Positions 21,569 to 30,041 of a stretch of DNA of 64,000 nt are shown piece by piece (the stretch's first letter is position 1; each line of letters starts with the position of its first letter). The notes under the pieces were generated by a model. It ran no database searches and had not been told where the DNA came from. It saw only the letters and a program-made list of their open reading frames with translations. Source of the stretch: an uncultured Actinomycetota bacterium (lineage in GTDB: Bacteria > Actinomycetota > Actinomycetes > Propionibacteriales > Nocardioidaceae); assembly GCA_963695295.1 (NCBI GenBank), contig OY968771.1:58939-122938 (forward strand). Reading direction: 5' to 3'. The position numbers were made by a program, and so were the translations under genes.

Positions 21569-21721
21569 TCAGACGTCGTCGGCCTCGACGACGTCGCTGC
21601 TGGGATCGACGACGGTCTCCGGATCGTCCGGCGCAGTGACGTCGGGTTCACTGACCGGCGAAACATCTGGATCGGTGGTCTCGGTGGTCGGCAGGTCCTC
21701 TTCGGGCGGTGTCTCGGTCAT
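21569..21721 (-). CDS. small (50 aa) highly acidic Pro/Thr/Asp-rich protein
   Basis: MTETPPEEDLPTTETTDPDVSPVSEPDVTAPDDPETVVDPSSDVVEADDV. An AGGAG RBS lies 8 nt upstream of ATG 21721. The sequence is low complexity, so the coding call is tentative. Confidence 0.5.
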   Translation of the reverse strand: MTETPPEEDLPTTETTDPDVSPVSEPDVTAPDDPETVVDPSSDVVEADDV

Positions 21722-21982
21722 GATGTCGCTCCTGTGGTGTGGTCGCCTGGTGCGCGCTGGTGACTCGCCACCCTCGCGCGCATTCGTTGTCGCCAGTGTT
21801 GGCCCGACACCCGGACTGCGCATCCCGGAGCCGCGGCAGTCGTCGAGTTGCGGCCGGCCGAGACCGACCTAGCGTGGAGACAAGGCGAGAGAACTCGCCG
21901 TCGGTGGACCCGGGCCGGTCGGTCTCACGCAGATTCGGTCGGCCCGCCATCGAGAAGAAACGAGTCGAAAGGATGATCCCTG

Positions 21983-22153
21983 ATGGGCTTGGACGACAAG
22001 ATCGAGAACAAGGGCGAAGATCTCAAGGGCAAGGCGAAGGAAGCCACCGGCAAGGCCACCGGCGATGAGGAGCAGGAGGCCGAGGGCAAGACCGATCAGG
22101 CGAAGTCGAGCCTGAAGGATGCCAAGGAGAACGTGAAGGACGCCTTCAGCTGA
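21983..22153 (+). CDS. CsbD family stress-response protein
   Basis: 56 aa and not in the ORF track: MGLDDKIENKGEDLKGKAKEATGKATGDEEQEAEGKTDQAKSSLKDAKENVKDAFS, the canonical CsbD repeat pattern. An AAAGGA RBS is present. Confidence 0.85.
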   Translation: MGLDDKIENKGEDLKGKAKEATGKATGDEEQEAEGKTDQAKSSLKDAKENVKDAFS

Positions 22154-22158
22154 GCACC

Positions 22159-22206
22159 CGACGACCCCGTTCCGCGATCACACCGAGATGCGGGACGGGG
22201 TCGTCG
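22159..22206. terminator. bidirectional hairpin between convergent genes
   Basis: CGACGACCCCGTTCCGC / GCGGGACGGGGTCGTCG forms a 17-bp stem (one G-U pair) with a 14-nt loop. It starts 6 nt after the csbD stop and overlaps the 3' end of the minus-strand ORF. Confidence 0.6.
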
Positions 22207-22399
22207 TCTGTGCGCGAGCGGTCTCGGCACCGCCGAGAACCTGGTTGATGTGAACCCACGACAGCCCCGCGGCTCGAGCCATCCGGATCGCGGCCGCCAC
22301 GAGGTCGTCGGTGGTCGGTTCCCGCAGTTCCGACGGACCGCGCGCCGCCGGTGCGCTGATCATCGTCTCGACCGCCACGGTTCCATTCACCTCGTTCAT
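22178..22399 (-). CDS. hypothetical small protein, possible HTH / C-terminal half of a HicB-like antitoxin
   Basis: 73 aa. The AAAIRMARAAGLSWVHINQVLGG segment looks like the HTH tail of actinobacterial HicB-type antitoxins. Pattern-based only. Confidence 0.45.
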   Translation of the reverse strand: MNEVNGTVAVETMISAPAARGPSELREPTTDDLVAAAIRMARAAGLSWVHINQVLGGAETARAQTTTPSRISV

Positions 22400-22457
22400 G
22401 GCGGAAGTATGGAACGCCTCGGGCGAAACCGCACCTCGTCGCTGCAGCGCTCGTCTC

Positions 22458-22673
22458 TCAGATGATCTCGATCACCGCATCGGAGAAATCGTCGTCGAAT
22501 CTTGCGGCCAGGTAGTCGCGCACCTGCTGCTCGGCGTCGTCGAGCCCGGCCACTCGAGTGAAGCCGTCGCCGATCATGCCTTCGCCCTCGACGTGGAGTT
22601 CCCACCCGTCTGATGACTTGAGGGCGCGAACCACGAACCGTCCGCTGGGCGGGGGATGGCCAATGGTCGTCAT
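22458..22673 (-). CDS. hypothetical protein, HicB-antitoxin-like N-terminal domain
   Basis: MTTIGHPPPSGRFVVRALKSSDGWELHVEGEGMIGDGFTRVAGLDDAEQQVRDYLAARFDDDFSDAVIEII fits the 'x-W-x-hhV-x-G...T-x-x-x-x-L-x-x-A-E-x-x-hRD' pattern of HicB-like proteins. Weak. Confidence 0.5.
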   Translation of the reverse strand: MTTIGHPPPSGRFVVRALKSSDGWELHVEGEGMIGDGFTRVAGLDDAEQQVRDYLAARFDDDFSDAVIEII

Positions 22674-22790
22674 CGACGCATCATGGCAGAACTCGCGCAG
22701 AGGTGGTGGGCGAGGATATGGATGGTGGGTGGCGTGGGGTTTCACCGGATTCGTTGCCGACAGGGATGCCCGTCCGGCAGGGTGCCGTGC

Positions 22791-23885
22791 ATGGACGATG
22801 ACGATCTGCTGGCGGATGCACCAGACATCGCGGTCCGGCAGGCGCTGGTGGCGCACCTGCGAGCTGCAGGCTTCGACGAGCAGCTGCTGAAGCAGGCGGC
22901 GAAACGTGGCCGGCTCTACGCCCTCGAAGGCGACCAGCTCATCCGACCCGGCGCCCCGGTGCTGACCATCGCTGAGCTGGCTGCGCGATTGGGTCAGGAA
23001 CCGGCCGCGACGGCGCAGCTGTGGCGGGCACTGGGGCTCGACGAGCCGGTGGCCGATGAGCCGGTGGCCACGGAGGAGGAGGCCGCCGCTCTCGCGGTGT
23101 GGCCACTCATCGGGGAGCTCGTGGGTGAGCATCACGCGCTGACACTGGCCCGAGTGAACGGGTCCACGGCTTCGCGCATGGGTGAAGCCGTGGCTTCGAC
23201 GATGATCGAAGCCCTACCCGAGATCGACCTGCTGAACAGCTCCGACGAGCTCGCGACCTCGCACGCTTTCGCAGCAGCAGCTTCTCTCATGCCACAGGTG
23301 GTGCGCTTGATCGAGATGATGTTCCGCCACCACCTCCTGGCTGCAACACGTCACTTCGAGCAGGCCCAGGCGCCGGCGGGTTTCGGTCTGCAAGGTGTGC
23401 CGTGGTGCGTCGGTTTTGCCGATCTGTCCGGTTTCACGGCGGCGACCGAGCGGTTGGATGCACGAGCGTTGCACGACTTGCTCGGCGTCTTCGAAAGTGT
23501 GGCGCACGACGAGGCGGCGGCCGCGGGGGTTCGTTGCGTGAAGCTCATCGGGGACGCCGCCATGTTCGTGGGTGCGTCGCCGGACGGTCTAGCCCAGGCC
23601 TCACACGGTCTCATCGCTCGGATGGCGGAACTCGAGGTCTCCCTGCCCGTACGAGCAGGCATGGCCGCCGGGGACGTCGTCGTCCGAGCCGGCGACTACT
23701 TCGGCCCGGCCGTCAACCTCGCCTCACGGCTGCTCGAGCTGGCCTCGCCAGGGGAAGTGCTGGCAGAGCCGGTGCTGGCCTCGCGGCTCGGGGAGCTGTG
23801 GGACGTCGAGGCGCGGGAGGCTCGCGAGGTGAAGGGCATCGCCGAGCCGGTGGTCCCGTACCTGGTGCGGGCGGGCGAGCGCTGA
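22791..23885 (+). CDS. class III adenylate/guanylate cyclase domain protein with about 180-aa N-terminal helical domain
   Basis: C-terminal catalytic motifs VGFADLSGFT, KLIGDAAMFV, GDYFGPAVNLASRL and REVKGI. Start taken at ATG 22791 (MDDDDLLAD). Confidence 0.88.
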   Translation: MDDDDLLADAPDIAVRQALVAHLRAAGFDEQLLKQAAKRGRLYALEGDQLIRPGAPVLTIAELAARLGQEPAATAQLWRALGLDEPVADEPVATEEEAAALAVWPLIGELVGEHHALTLARVNGSTASRMGEAVASTMIEALPEIDLLNSSDELATSHAFAAAASLMPQVVRLIEMMFRHHLLAATRHFEQAQAPAGFGLQGVPWCVGFADLSGFTAATERLDARALHDLLGVFESVAHDEAAAAGVRCVKLIGDAAMFVGASPDGLAQASHGLIARMAELEVSLPVRAGMAAGDVVVRAGDYFGPAVNLASRLLELASPGEVLAEPVLASRLGELWDVEAREAREVKGIAEPVVPYLVRAGER

Positions 23886-23982
23886 ACCGAGGCGGGGTCA
23901 CATTCGCTTCTCGTCGGCGTGCGGCGGCCCGATGAGTCCGCCGCACGCCGCGTCGTAGGCTGGCATCGGAGAGGAGGCCGCA

Positions 23983-24659
23983 ATGGCCGATCCGGTGAGC
24001 GACATCATCGGGAACTATCGGGCGTTTGCTGCCCAGCAGCACGAGCGCCTGCTCGCCCGGGGCATCGACATCGGTCCGTACTCGCTCAGCCATCTCGCCG
24101 TCCGCGTGCCAGAGTGGGACCAGTACATACACGTGCGGAACCTGCTCGAACGCCTCGCGGTCGCCAATCGCGAGAACGTCTGGAACGGCCGCCCGATCTC
24201 CCTGATCGTTCCTGCAGAGCCGCTCGAAGTCCTCGACGGCAAGGTCGTCCGCTCATCGAGCTCATCCCTCCCGTGCACCAGCGCGTCTACAAGATGGGGT
24301 TGGAGCACCTCGGAGTCGTGGTCGGCGACACGTTCGACGCGTTCGTCGGAACCCACAAGCCCGTCCTGACGGGACAGCAGTTCCAGGGCCCGAACAGCAC
24401 CCCTGACCCCGTCTACATCTTGTTCGAGGACTTCACGCACGTGAAGTTCTATCGACTTTCGCTGAGGGCATCCATCGAGCTCGATGCCGGCCGCTTCGAC
24501 GAGGGGTTCCACCACGTCGACGACTGGGTGCCCCAACGGCTTGTGACCGCGACCGGCCCGAACCACAGCGACCGCGAACACCCGGCCGCAGTACAGCAAC
24601 GAGTTGAGCAAGCTGAACGGCCTGATAGCGGCAGCGGAGGCCAGGCGTTCGGTCGATGA
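23983..24659 (+). pseudogene. YecM-like VOC-fold metal-binding protein, frame broken near 24252
   Basis: The N-terminal frame (LSHLAVRV...NGRPISLIVPAEPLEV) and the second frame (LIELIPPVHQRVYKMGLEHLGVVV...HVKFYRLSL) together parallel E. coli YecM (ISLRC...NGRPICLFKLHEPV...IVELPWPGEKRYPHEGWEHIEIVL...IKFHPWS). Confidence 0.72.
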
Positions 24660-24834
24660 CGAGGACTCTGTGGTCGCGAGGACGCCGGACGAGGAGTGGG
24701 ATGGCACCGGCTACTAGTCCCTAGAACCACTGTTGGCGAGGACGACAAGAAGCTCGGCAGCCGGCCGCAACGCCGAGCTGGTGTTCGCGGCACCTACGGC
24801 ATCAGGGGTCTGGCCGGATGAGACGCAAATGCCC

Positions 24835-25452
24835 TTAGCCCGCTTCGGCTCGACGCGAGCCGATCCAGCCTAGACCCAAGGTGAGCAATAGCCATGGCGC
24901 GATCCAGATGAGATGACCCAGCAGATCGCCCGGGTCGTGCCCATAGAGTTCCTGCATCACGACCGCCATCGGGTACAACAATCCACCGAACACGGCGGCA
25001 ACAGCTAGCCATCCTGCCGATCGTGCGGCGATACCGGTCAAGACGCTGCCCAGCGCGAATAGGAAGGCGCTGAGGCCGATCACGAACGCGTACCACGGCG
25101 GAGACGCCGCTGCGCCGGGCGCGAAGGGGTTGTAGTTCCAGCCATCTGTGACGACCGAGCCCACACCGCCGATCAGGTTGGCGACGACCCCCACCGCTGC
25201 GACGCCCAGGCCAATGACACCAAACCGGCTCTGATGGCGATGCCCAGCCTTGACGACTAGGGCGACCAGCGCTGCGAATAGAGCGATCCGCAGCACGCCC
25301 AAGATGACAAAGTGGCGACCAACGGACTCCAACCCTCCAGCTACGACCAGGATGATCCAAGCGGCGATCACGGCGGCGACCATGCGGCCGACCACGCCCG
25401 GTAAGCGGGCCGCTTCGTCCTCGTCGATTTGGTCGACTCGGTCGGTGTTCAT
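24835..25452 (-). CDS. hypothetical integral membrane protein
   Basis: About 6 predicted TM helices. A strong AGGAGA RBS precedes ATG 25452. Confidence 0.7.
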   Translation of the reverse strand: MNTDRVDQIDEDEAARLPGVVGRMVAAVIAAWIILVVAGGLESVGRHFVILGVLRIALFAALVALVVKAGHRHQSRFGVIGLGVAAVGVVANLIGGVGSVVTDGWNYNPFAPGAAASPPWYAFVIGLSAFLFALGSVLTGIAARSAGWLAVAAVFGGLLYPMAVVMQELYGHDPGDLLGHLIWIAPWLLLTLGLGWIGSRRAEAG

Positions 25453-25687
25453 GCATTCTCCTGATGGCGCGCGGTGGGCAAGGCGTTCAACCCGGTCGGA
25501 GTGGTGCTCGGCAGCATAGTCCCGCGAAGCCGCGCTCATCGTCGCTGCTCGCCTAATCTGTAACTATGCCCCCCGGCAACGACTACGGCGAACCCAAGGG
25601 CCCAGCACCGCCGCAACGCCCAAACCGTCCTCAACGACCCTGGCCGCTGGAAAGTGACAAGGCCGGCTGTCACGGAGAAAAGGGGCC

Positions 25688-26146
25688 GTGATGATCGTCG
25701 AGATTCCGCTGCAGGCCGAAGTTGAGTGCGCCGCCGAGCGGATCTTCGAGGTGATCGCTGATCTAAACGGTCAGGATCGTTGGCTGACGCGGTCAAGCGT
25801 ATTCCGCGGAACGGTCGATGTCTCCGACAACCCGGTGCGACTCGGAAGTACCTATCGCGAGCCGAGTCCACAAGGCGTGAGACATGGCGAGGTCATCGAG
25901 TTCGAACCTCCAATGCGGATTACCTTTCACCACCCCCTAAGGTTGCGGCCTTTCGGACGTATCGACTTCGTGCAGAGGTACACCCTTGAACCGCTGGGCG
26001 AGATGACCCTGGTGCGGCGCGTGGCGGTCGTCGGCATTCCCGCATACCTCCGGCCGGCAGCTCGGACCATCCGAAACACGACCACTCGCGAAAGCGGGCG
26101 GACCCTGACTGCACTCAAGGCCTATTGCGAAACGATCCCTCGCTGA
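25688..26146 (+). CDS. SRPBCC family protein
   Basis: 152 aa with an AERIFEVIADLNGQDRWL...GSTYRE...ITFHHP pattern typical of the SRPBCC / START-like fold. Confidence 0.78.
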   Translation: MMIVEIPLQAEVECAAERIFEVIADLNGQDRWLTRSSVFRGTVDVSDNPVRLGSTYREPSPQGVRHGEVIEFEPPMRITFHHPLRLRPFGRIDFVQRYTLEPLGEMTLVRRVAVVGIPAYLRPAARTIRNTTTRESGRTLTALKAYCETIPR

Positions 26147-26184
26147 GACTGCCCAGGTCGGAGGGGCCTTGGTCCAAATGCAGC

Positions 26185-26566
26185 CTACGAGTGCTTGACC
26201 GTTGCGCTTCCTCCTGCAATCCATGGATACGTGACTGCCAGGGCGAGACCGGTGACCACTGCGAGTATGAGGTTGTGAAGCGTCTCTGGCGCGAGCAAGA
26301 AGTGCGCCAACCAGAGAATCGGGATCGCCGTCATCACGAGCCGGGCCCAGCGGTCGCCGTGGCGGAAGGCGGATCAGCAAGACCACCAAAATGACAATGC
26401 TGAGCGCCAGCCGGGTCATGCCCCATCCACGGATCAGCAACTCACCTTCGCCGGGGCGGAACTCGGGTCGATTAGAAACTGTGAACGGTGATATCAGCAT
26501 CGTCACCGAGATCAGCAGGCTCAACACTTCGGTGACGACGAGGACGACAAACCCAATTTTGGCCAT
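26185..26566 (-). pseudogene. small membrane protein, frame broken near 26370
   Basis: N-terminal frame reads MAKIGFVVLVVTEVLSLLISVTMLISPF...LALSIVILVVLLI. A second frame continues with membrane-like AFRHGDRWARLVMTAIPILWLAHFLLAPETLHNLILAVVTGLALAVTYPWIAGGSATVKHS and stops at 26185. Confidence 0.6.
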
Positions 26567-26713
26567 TTCGCTGTCCTCACTCGCGCAGGGAGGTTGCCAT
26601 CGTAAGGATCGACACCGGTCATCAGCAAGAGAATGCAGGGCGGGTGCCCCAACTGCCGAGTTGCCGTATTTTCGTACGACGGCGCGACACCTTCACCCAC
26701 GGGTGACAAAGAA

Positions 26714-26856
26714 CCGCCCCGCGCACTCGGGGGAGAGATTCGCAGAGCGAGTGCTCTCCGAGAAGGACGGTACAGACGCGAGTCGAGACGCTCGCACGCA
26801 TGTTCTAGTCTGAGGGCCGTGGGGATGAACCCGTCACGGCGCGACAAGTGGCCGGC
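26714..26856 (+). repeat. about 143-nt SOS-box small-gene module, left copy (inverted partner at 33362-33502)
   Basis: Alignable by eye with the reverse complement of 33362-33502. Shared parts, in order: CCGCCCCGCGCACTCGG.GAGAT, about 45 nt, TCG[A/C]ACGCATGTTCTAGTCTGA, GTGGGG-NNN-AACCCG, CGCGACAAGTGGCCGGC. Confidence 0.75.
26792..26807. promoter_or_regulatory. degenerate LexA-like box plus TAGTCT -10 element
   Basis: TCGCACGCATGTTCTA has one half-site GCAC instead of GAAC and is otherwise identical to the box at 33410-33425. TAGTCT follows, then GTG 11 nt later. Confidence 0.35.
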
Positions 26857-27048
26857 GGGCGCGCTCGCGGAATCGAGGACCAGCCGCACCCCATCGAGGT
26901 CGAGGTCCGTATCGAGTGGGCAGACGACGGTGAGGAATGGGTCATGGGTCGTGCGCATCGCTGGACGAACACAGCGAGGGGCGGCCGTCCACCTGGATTG
27001 GCTAGCAGGGGGCGGGGTTTGTTGGCAGTGGCAATCCGCCGGGCGTAG
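26819..27048 (+). CDS. small ORF, paralog of 33136-33399, probably frame-disrupted
   Basis: Begins (V)GMNPSRRDKWPAG, like the right-hand copy (V)GANPSRRDKWPAY. The plausible continuation (IEVEVRIEWADDGEEWVMGRAHRW) is in the frame of ORF 26848-27048. Boundaries are uncertain. Confidence 0.3.
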
Positions 27049-27535
27049 CGGCCATGAGGTCCTTCACCGCGCGCTGGAACCTGCTGAACTCCAACTTCAG
27101 CAGTGCGATGCTCCGGTTCTCATTAGCGACGGTGGCCAGCTCCGTGGCCACACGGTCCAAGGCGGCGATTTCCACGAAGCGCATGCCCCCGTTTAACTGG
27201 CTGACAAGGACAGTGACGACGTTCACCACGATGCTTTCGAAAACTTGGTTTACGGCCTGGATTGGCGACCCGGGGTACGGTGCTACCGCATCCAGAGCCG
27301 CCGCCGTCGCGGATGCGGCGTCGTAGGTGGCCTTGGCTTGAGCTCTGACGTTGCTGGCCAACTCGCGGATGCAGGCCTTCGGAGCAACCTGTTTGCTCGT
27401 AGCACCCGGAGCCGGGGTCGGCGCCGTCGCTCCCCACGACGGGGTAGCAGTGGAAGTCGCTACGACAAGACTCAGAGCAATAATCGCAGCGGTGACACCA
27501 CGCCTGACAGAGCCCGAGGGGAGTGACTTCTTCAT
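27002..27535 (-). CDS. hypothetical secreted protein
   Basis: 177 aa with an N-terminal signal peptide (MKKSLPSGSVRRGVTAAIIALSLVVATSTA) and an Ala-rich helical body. No family recognised. Confidence 0.65.
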   Translation of the reverse strand: MKKSLPSGSVRRGVTAAIIALSLVVATSTATPSWGATAPTPAPGATSKQVAPKACIRELASNVRAQAKATYDAASATAAALDAVAPYPGSPIQAVNQVFESIVVNVVTVLVSQLNGGMRFVEIAALDRVATELATVANENRSIALLKLEFSRFQRAVKDLMAATPGGLPLPTNPAPC

Positions 27536-27648
27536 GATCGACCAACCGGGGAGGGGAACTTCACGAGTCTATTGCTGCGGCATTCGCTCCCTCATCACCA
27601 CAACGAATGGTTCCACATAGTCCTTTGGCGCCAGACCGAGACGAGCGA

Positions 27649-27673
27649 CCGCCCCGCGCAGTCGGGGAGAGAG
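27649..27673 (+). repeat. 25-nt GC-rich stem-loop repeat, copy B
   Basis: CCGCCCCGCGCAGTCGGGGAGAGAG, enclosed in a larger 10-bp hairpin (CGAGCGACCG...CGGTCGCTCG). Confidence 0.8.
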
Positions 27674-27823
27674 GCCCACACGCGACGGTCGCTCGGCGGT
27701 CTAGTAGTTCGCGCGGATGCGGTCTAACTTGAATACAGGGGCTATGAAAGAGGGTTTCCGTATGTCAGACATACAGAGCATCGACTCCCGAGCGAGCGGC
27801 GCCCGTTCCGGGACCACGGTCAC

Positions 27824-28114
27824 ATGGACGTCGTCACACTCGGTAGTTTCACTCTCGGTCGAGGGACCTTCGAGCCCGGGTGGCGCTGGTCGGAGGACGT
27901 TAAGCCCATCGCCGGAACTGACTCCTGTCAGGCGCACCACACTGGTATCTGTGTGTCGGGCCAGATGACGATCCGGTCCGATGATGGAGATGAGTTCACG
28001 GTCCGTGCGGGCGACGTTTTTGACCTCGACCCGGGCCATGACGCCTGGACGGACGGCGATGAGCCCTGCGTGCTACTGGACACAGGAGTCGCGGCATACG
28101 CCAAGCCAGAGTGA
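27824..28114 (+). CDS. cupin domain protein
   Basis: GTFEPGWRWSEDVKPIAGTDSCQAHHTGICVSGQMTIRSDDGDEFTVRAGDVFDLDPGHDAW is a cupin motif. A better RBS (AAGAGGG) precedes ATG 27762 in another frame (MSDIQSIDSRASGA...), so the true N-terminus may be frame-shifted. Confidence 0.78.
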   Translation: MDVVTLGSFTLGRGTFEPGWRWSEDVKPIAGTDSCQAHHTGICVSGQMTIRSDDGDEFTVRAGDVFDLDPGHDAWTDGDEPCVLLDTGVAAYAKPE

Positions 28115-28121
28115 CACGCGA

Positions 28122-28146
28122 CCGCCCCGCGCACTCGAGGGAGAGA
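28122..28146 (+). repeat. 25-nt GC-rich stem-loop repeat, copy C (part of an intergenic hairpin)
   Basis: CCGCCCCGCGCACTCGAGGGAGAGA is followed by TGTGCGGGGCGG, which pairs back with the repeat's 5' half. It sits between two convergent stop codons. Confidence 0.8.
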
Positions 28147-28184
28147 TGTGCGGGGCGGCCCTGCGCTGAGGCTTCGTGGCGTCC

Positions 28185-28499
28185 TCAGCGCGCCAGTTCG
28201 TCGAGCTTGTCGGCCATCGTCAGCAGAACCGCAGCGAGGTCACGGCAGTCAGCAGCCGAGAGGTGGGGCTTGAGGTCGCCGACCGACTCACCGTTCATCC
28301 AGGCGAGCGCGACGGGCGTCCGGTACAGGTTGTGGCCGCCAACCCAGTCGACGAGCTGCGTGACCTGTCCCTCCGCCGCGCCCTGCTTCAGCATCGGCGT
28401 GGAGTGAGTGGCGGCGTCCGGTAGTTGGTTGTAGCAGTCGTCGAGCGCGCACCAGTCGGGGTGAACCTCGGGCGGCGCTGCGGTGGTGGTGTTCGTCAT
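28185..28499 (-). CDS. hypothetical protein (small Cys/His protein of the kind seen in actinobacterial prophages/ICEs)
   Basis: 104 aa (MTNTTTAAPPEVHPDWCALDDCYNQ...). A strong AAGGAG RBS is present. It lies immediately after the 3' end of tRNA-Val(CAC). Confidence 0.7.
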   Translation of the reverse strand: MTNTTTAAPPEVHPDWCALDDCYNQLPDAATHSTPMLKQGAAEGQVTQLVDWVGGHNLYRTPVALAWMNGESVGDLKPHLSAADCRDLAAVLLTMADKLDELAR

Positions 28500-28601
28500 T
28501 TCGGGGCTCCTTGCGTTGGGAGCCGAGCGGTGTCGAGTTCCACGCTCATTCCACTCGCTTGGTCAGACTCATCCTGATTGTGCTCTGACCTGCGGTGATG
28601 C

Positions 28602-28676
28602 TGGTGGGCGATACTGGGTTCGAACCAGTGACCTCTTCGGTGTGAACGAAGCGCGCTACCACTGCGCCAATCGCCC
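28602..28676 (-). tRNA. tRNA-Val (anticodon CAC), CCA encoded
   Basis: The reverse complement folds as a cloverleaf: acceptor GGGCGAT/ATCGCCC, anticodon stem CTTCG/CGAAG with loop TTCACAC, T arm ACTGG-TTCGAAC-CCAGT, then ACCA. Confidence 0.95.
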
Positions 28677-28726
28677 CGGCAACGGAGAAACCCTAACCTA
28701 CGAGCGGCGACCGAGCAGCAGCCGGT

Positions 28727-30028
28727 TCACGTCCGCATCGGGGCCATTCGCTCGGCTCGCCTCGCTCGGAGGTCACGGGCGATGCGGCGGATGTGGGCGG
28801 TTTCGCGGTGGGCCGCGAGGCGTTGTCGGTACGCCGCCCGGAGCGGCCGGTTGTCGCGATCGGTGAAGTCGAACTGCCCGCGATGGTCGGCGGTGACCTG
28901 CAGGAGTCCGCGGTGCAGCAGGTGGTGACAGCGGACGCAGAGGCCGACCATCTCGTCGAGGTCGGTTCGGCCGCCGTCGGACCATCGAGTCGCGTGATGG
29001 ATCTCCAGGTGGGTATGCCTGCACCCCGGCGCGGCACACTCCCCGCCTTGGCGGGCAATGATCGCGCGGCGTTGCTTGATGGTGGCCAGGCGCTGGGTTC
29101 GCCCGACGTTCAGCACGTGGGCCTGCGGCAGCTGGCCGCCGGTGGTGAGGATGCCGGTGACGTCGGAGCCGCAGCCGAGGTAGTCGAGCAGCTTCGGTCC
29201 GATCGGCCCGAACCCACCCAACCGGGCCGGGGTGGCCGGCGCGGCTGTGGTGCCGGGAACCCGCTCGGTGGCGGCGCGCAGCGCATCCGCGTCGACGATC
29301 ACCGACAAGTGCGGGCGGACGCCCTGGTCTGAGGGAAGGCCGGAATCGAGCACCCGGCTGACGAGGTCGTCGAGGGCCTGGACTCGCCGCTCGGAACCGG
29401 AACGCTGGTCATCGGAGTCGTGGGGCGCGGCCAGTGCGTCGAGCACGAGCCGGAACTTCTGGCCGGTGGTGATGTTCAGGAATCCGTTGACGTGCCAGCC
29501 CTGCGGGACCTCGTCGATGCGGATGTCCTGCTTGTCCATGCCGGCCGCCCACGCCTCGTCCAGGGAGTCGGGGTAGACCGCCTCGCGCAGGTCGCGCATC
29601 ACTCGTCGTACCTGGGCCGGCTCGCAGGTGCGGGCCACGTCGAGCAGCCACGGCTCGGACTCGGCGACGATCTCGCGGCCGATGTGGCGCATGCCGTAGG
29701 TGAACGCGGCGACATGGTCGAGCCGGATGCGGCCGCCTTGGGCCGCCGCACCCACAGCGGGAAGGTCTCGCAGGGTGGATGCCGCCGCCACCAGCTTCTT
29801 GGTCTCCCGGGCATCCAGCCGCAGCTCGTTGCGAGCCCAGGTGACGATGGTGGACGCCCCGTCGAGCTCGAACCCCTGCGACCGGTGCAAAGCGTCCAGC
29901 CGGTCGGCCTTGACGGCGTCCAACGCATCTTGAGCCGCCTGGACCGCGCGGAGCACGGCTCGGTCGTCACCGGAGTTCAGGGCACGTGCAGCCTCTCGCA
30001 GAAGCGCTACGGTTTCCCCCGAATCCAT
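28727..30028 (-). CDS. DUF222 / HNH endonuclease (REP13E12-type family)
   Basis: 433 aa with the long helical DUF222-like N-terminal region and the C-terminal HNH motif (CAAPGCRHTHLEIHHATRWSDGGRTDLDEMVGLCVRCHHLLH). Confidence 0.92.
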   Translation of the reverse strand: MDSGETVALLREAARALNSGDDRAVLRAVQAAQDALDAVKADRLDALHRSQGFELDGASTIVTWARNELRLDARETKKLVAAASTLRDLPAVGAAAQGGRIRLDHVAAFTYGMRHIGREIVAESEPWLLDVARTCEPAQVRRVMRDLREAVYPDSLDEAWAAGMDKQDIRIDEVPQGWHVNGFLNITTGQKFRLVLDALAAPHDSDDQRSGSERRVQALDDLVSRVLDSGLPSDQGVRPHLSVIVDADALRAATERVPGTTAAPATPARLGGFGPIGPKLLDYLGCGSDVTGILTTGGQLPQAHVLNVGRTQRLATIKQRRAIIARQGGECAAPGCRHTHLEIHHATRWSDGGRTDLDEMVGLCVRCHHLLHRGLLQVTADHRGQFDFTDRDNRPLRAAYRQRLAAHRETAHIRRIARDLRARRAERMAPMRT

Positions 30029-30041
30029 GCGCCCAGTCTAG

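Noticed and set aside
22791-23885. The class III cyclase as part of a cyclic-nucleotide anti-phage system (Pycsar/CBASS-like).
   Set aside because: There is no adjacent effector with a cNMP-binding, TIR, TM-effector or nuclease domain. The downstream gene is a broken YecM-like VOC protein. The nearby membrane protein is convergent and lacks a nucleotide-binding domain. The long helical N-terminal domain fits ordinary actinobacterial signalling cyclases.
26633-27196. The 187-aa plus-strand ORF beginning MQGGCPNC, read as a single gene through the SOS box.
   Set aside because: It reads straight through the repeat, the operator and the -10 element, and then overlaps the well-supported minus-strand secreted-protein gene. 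Only the short segment after the GTG at 26819 resembles the paralog at 33399.
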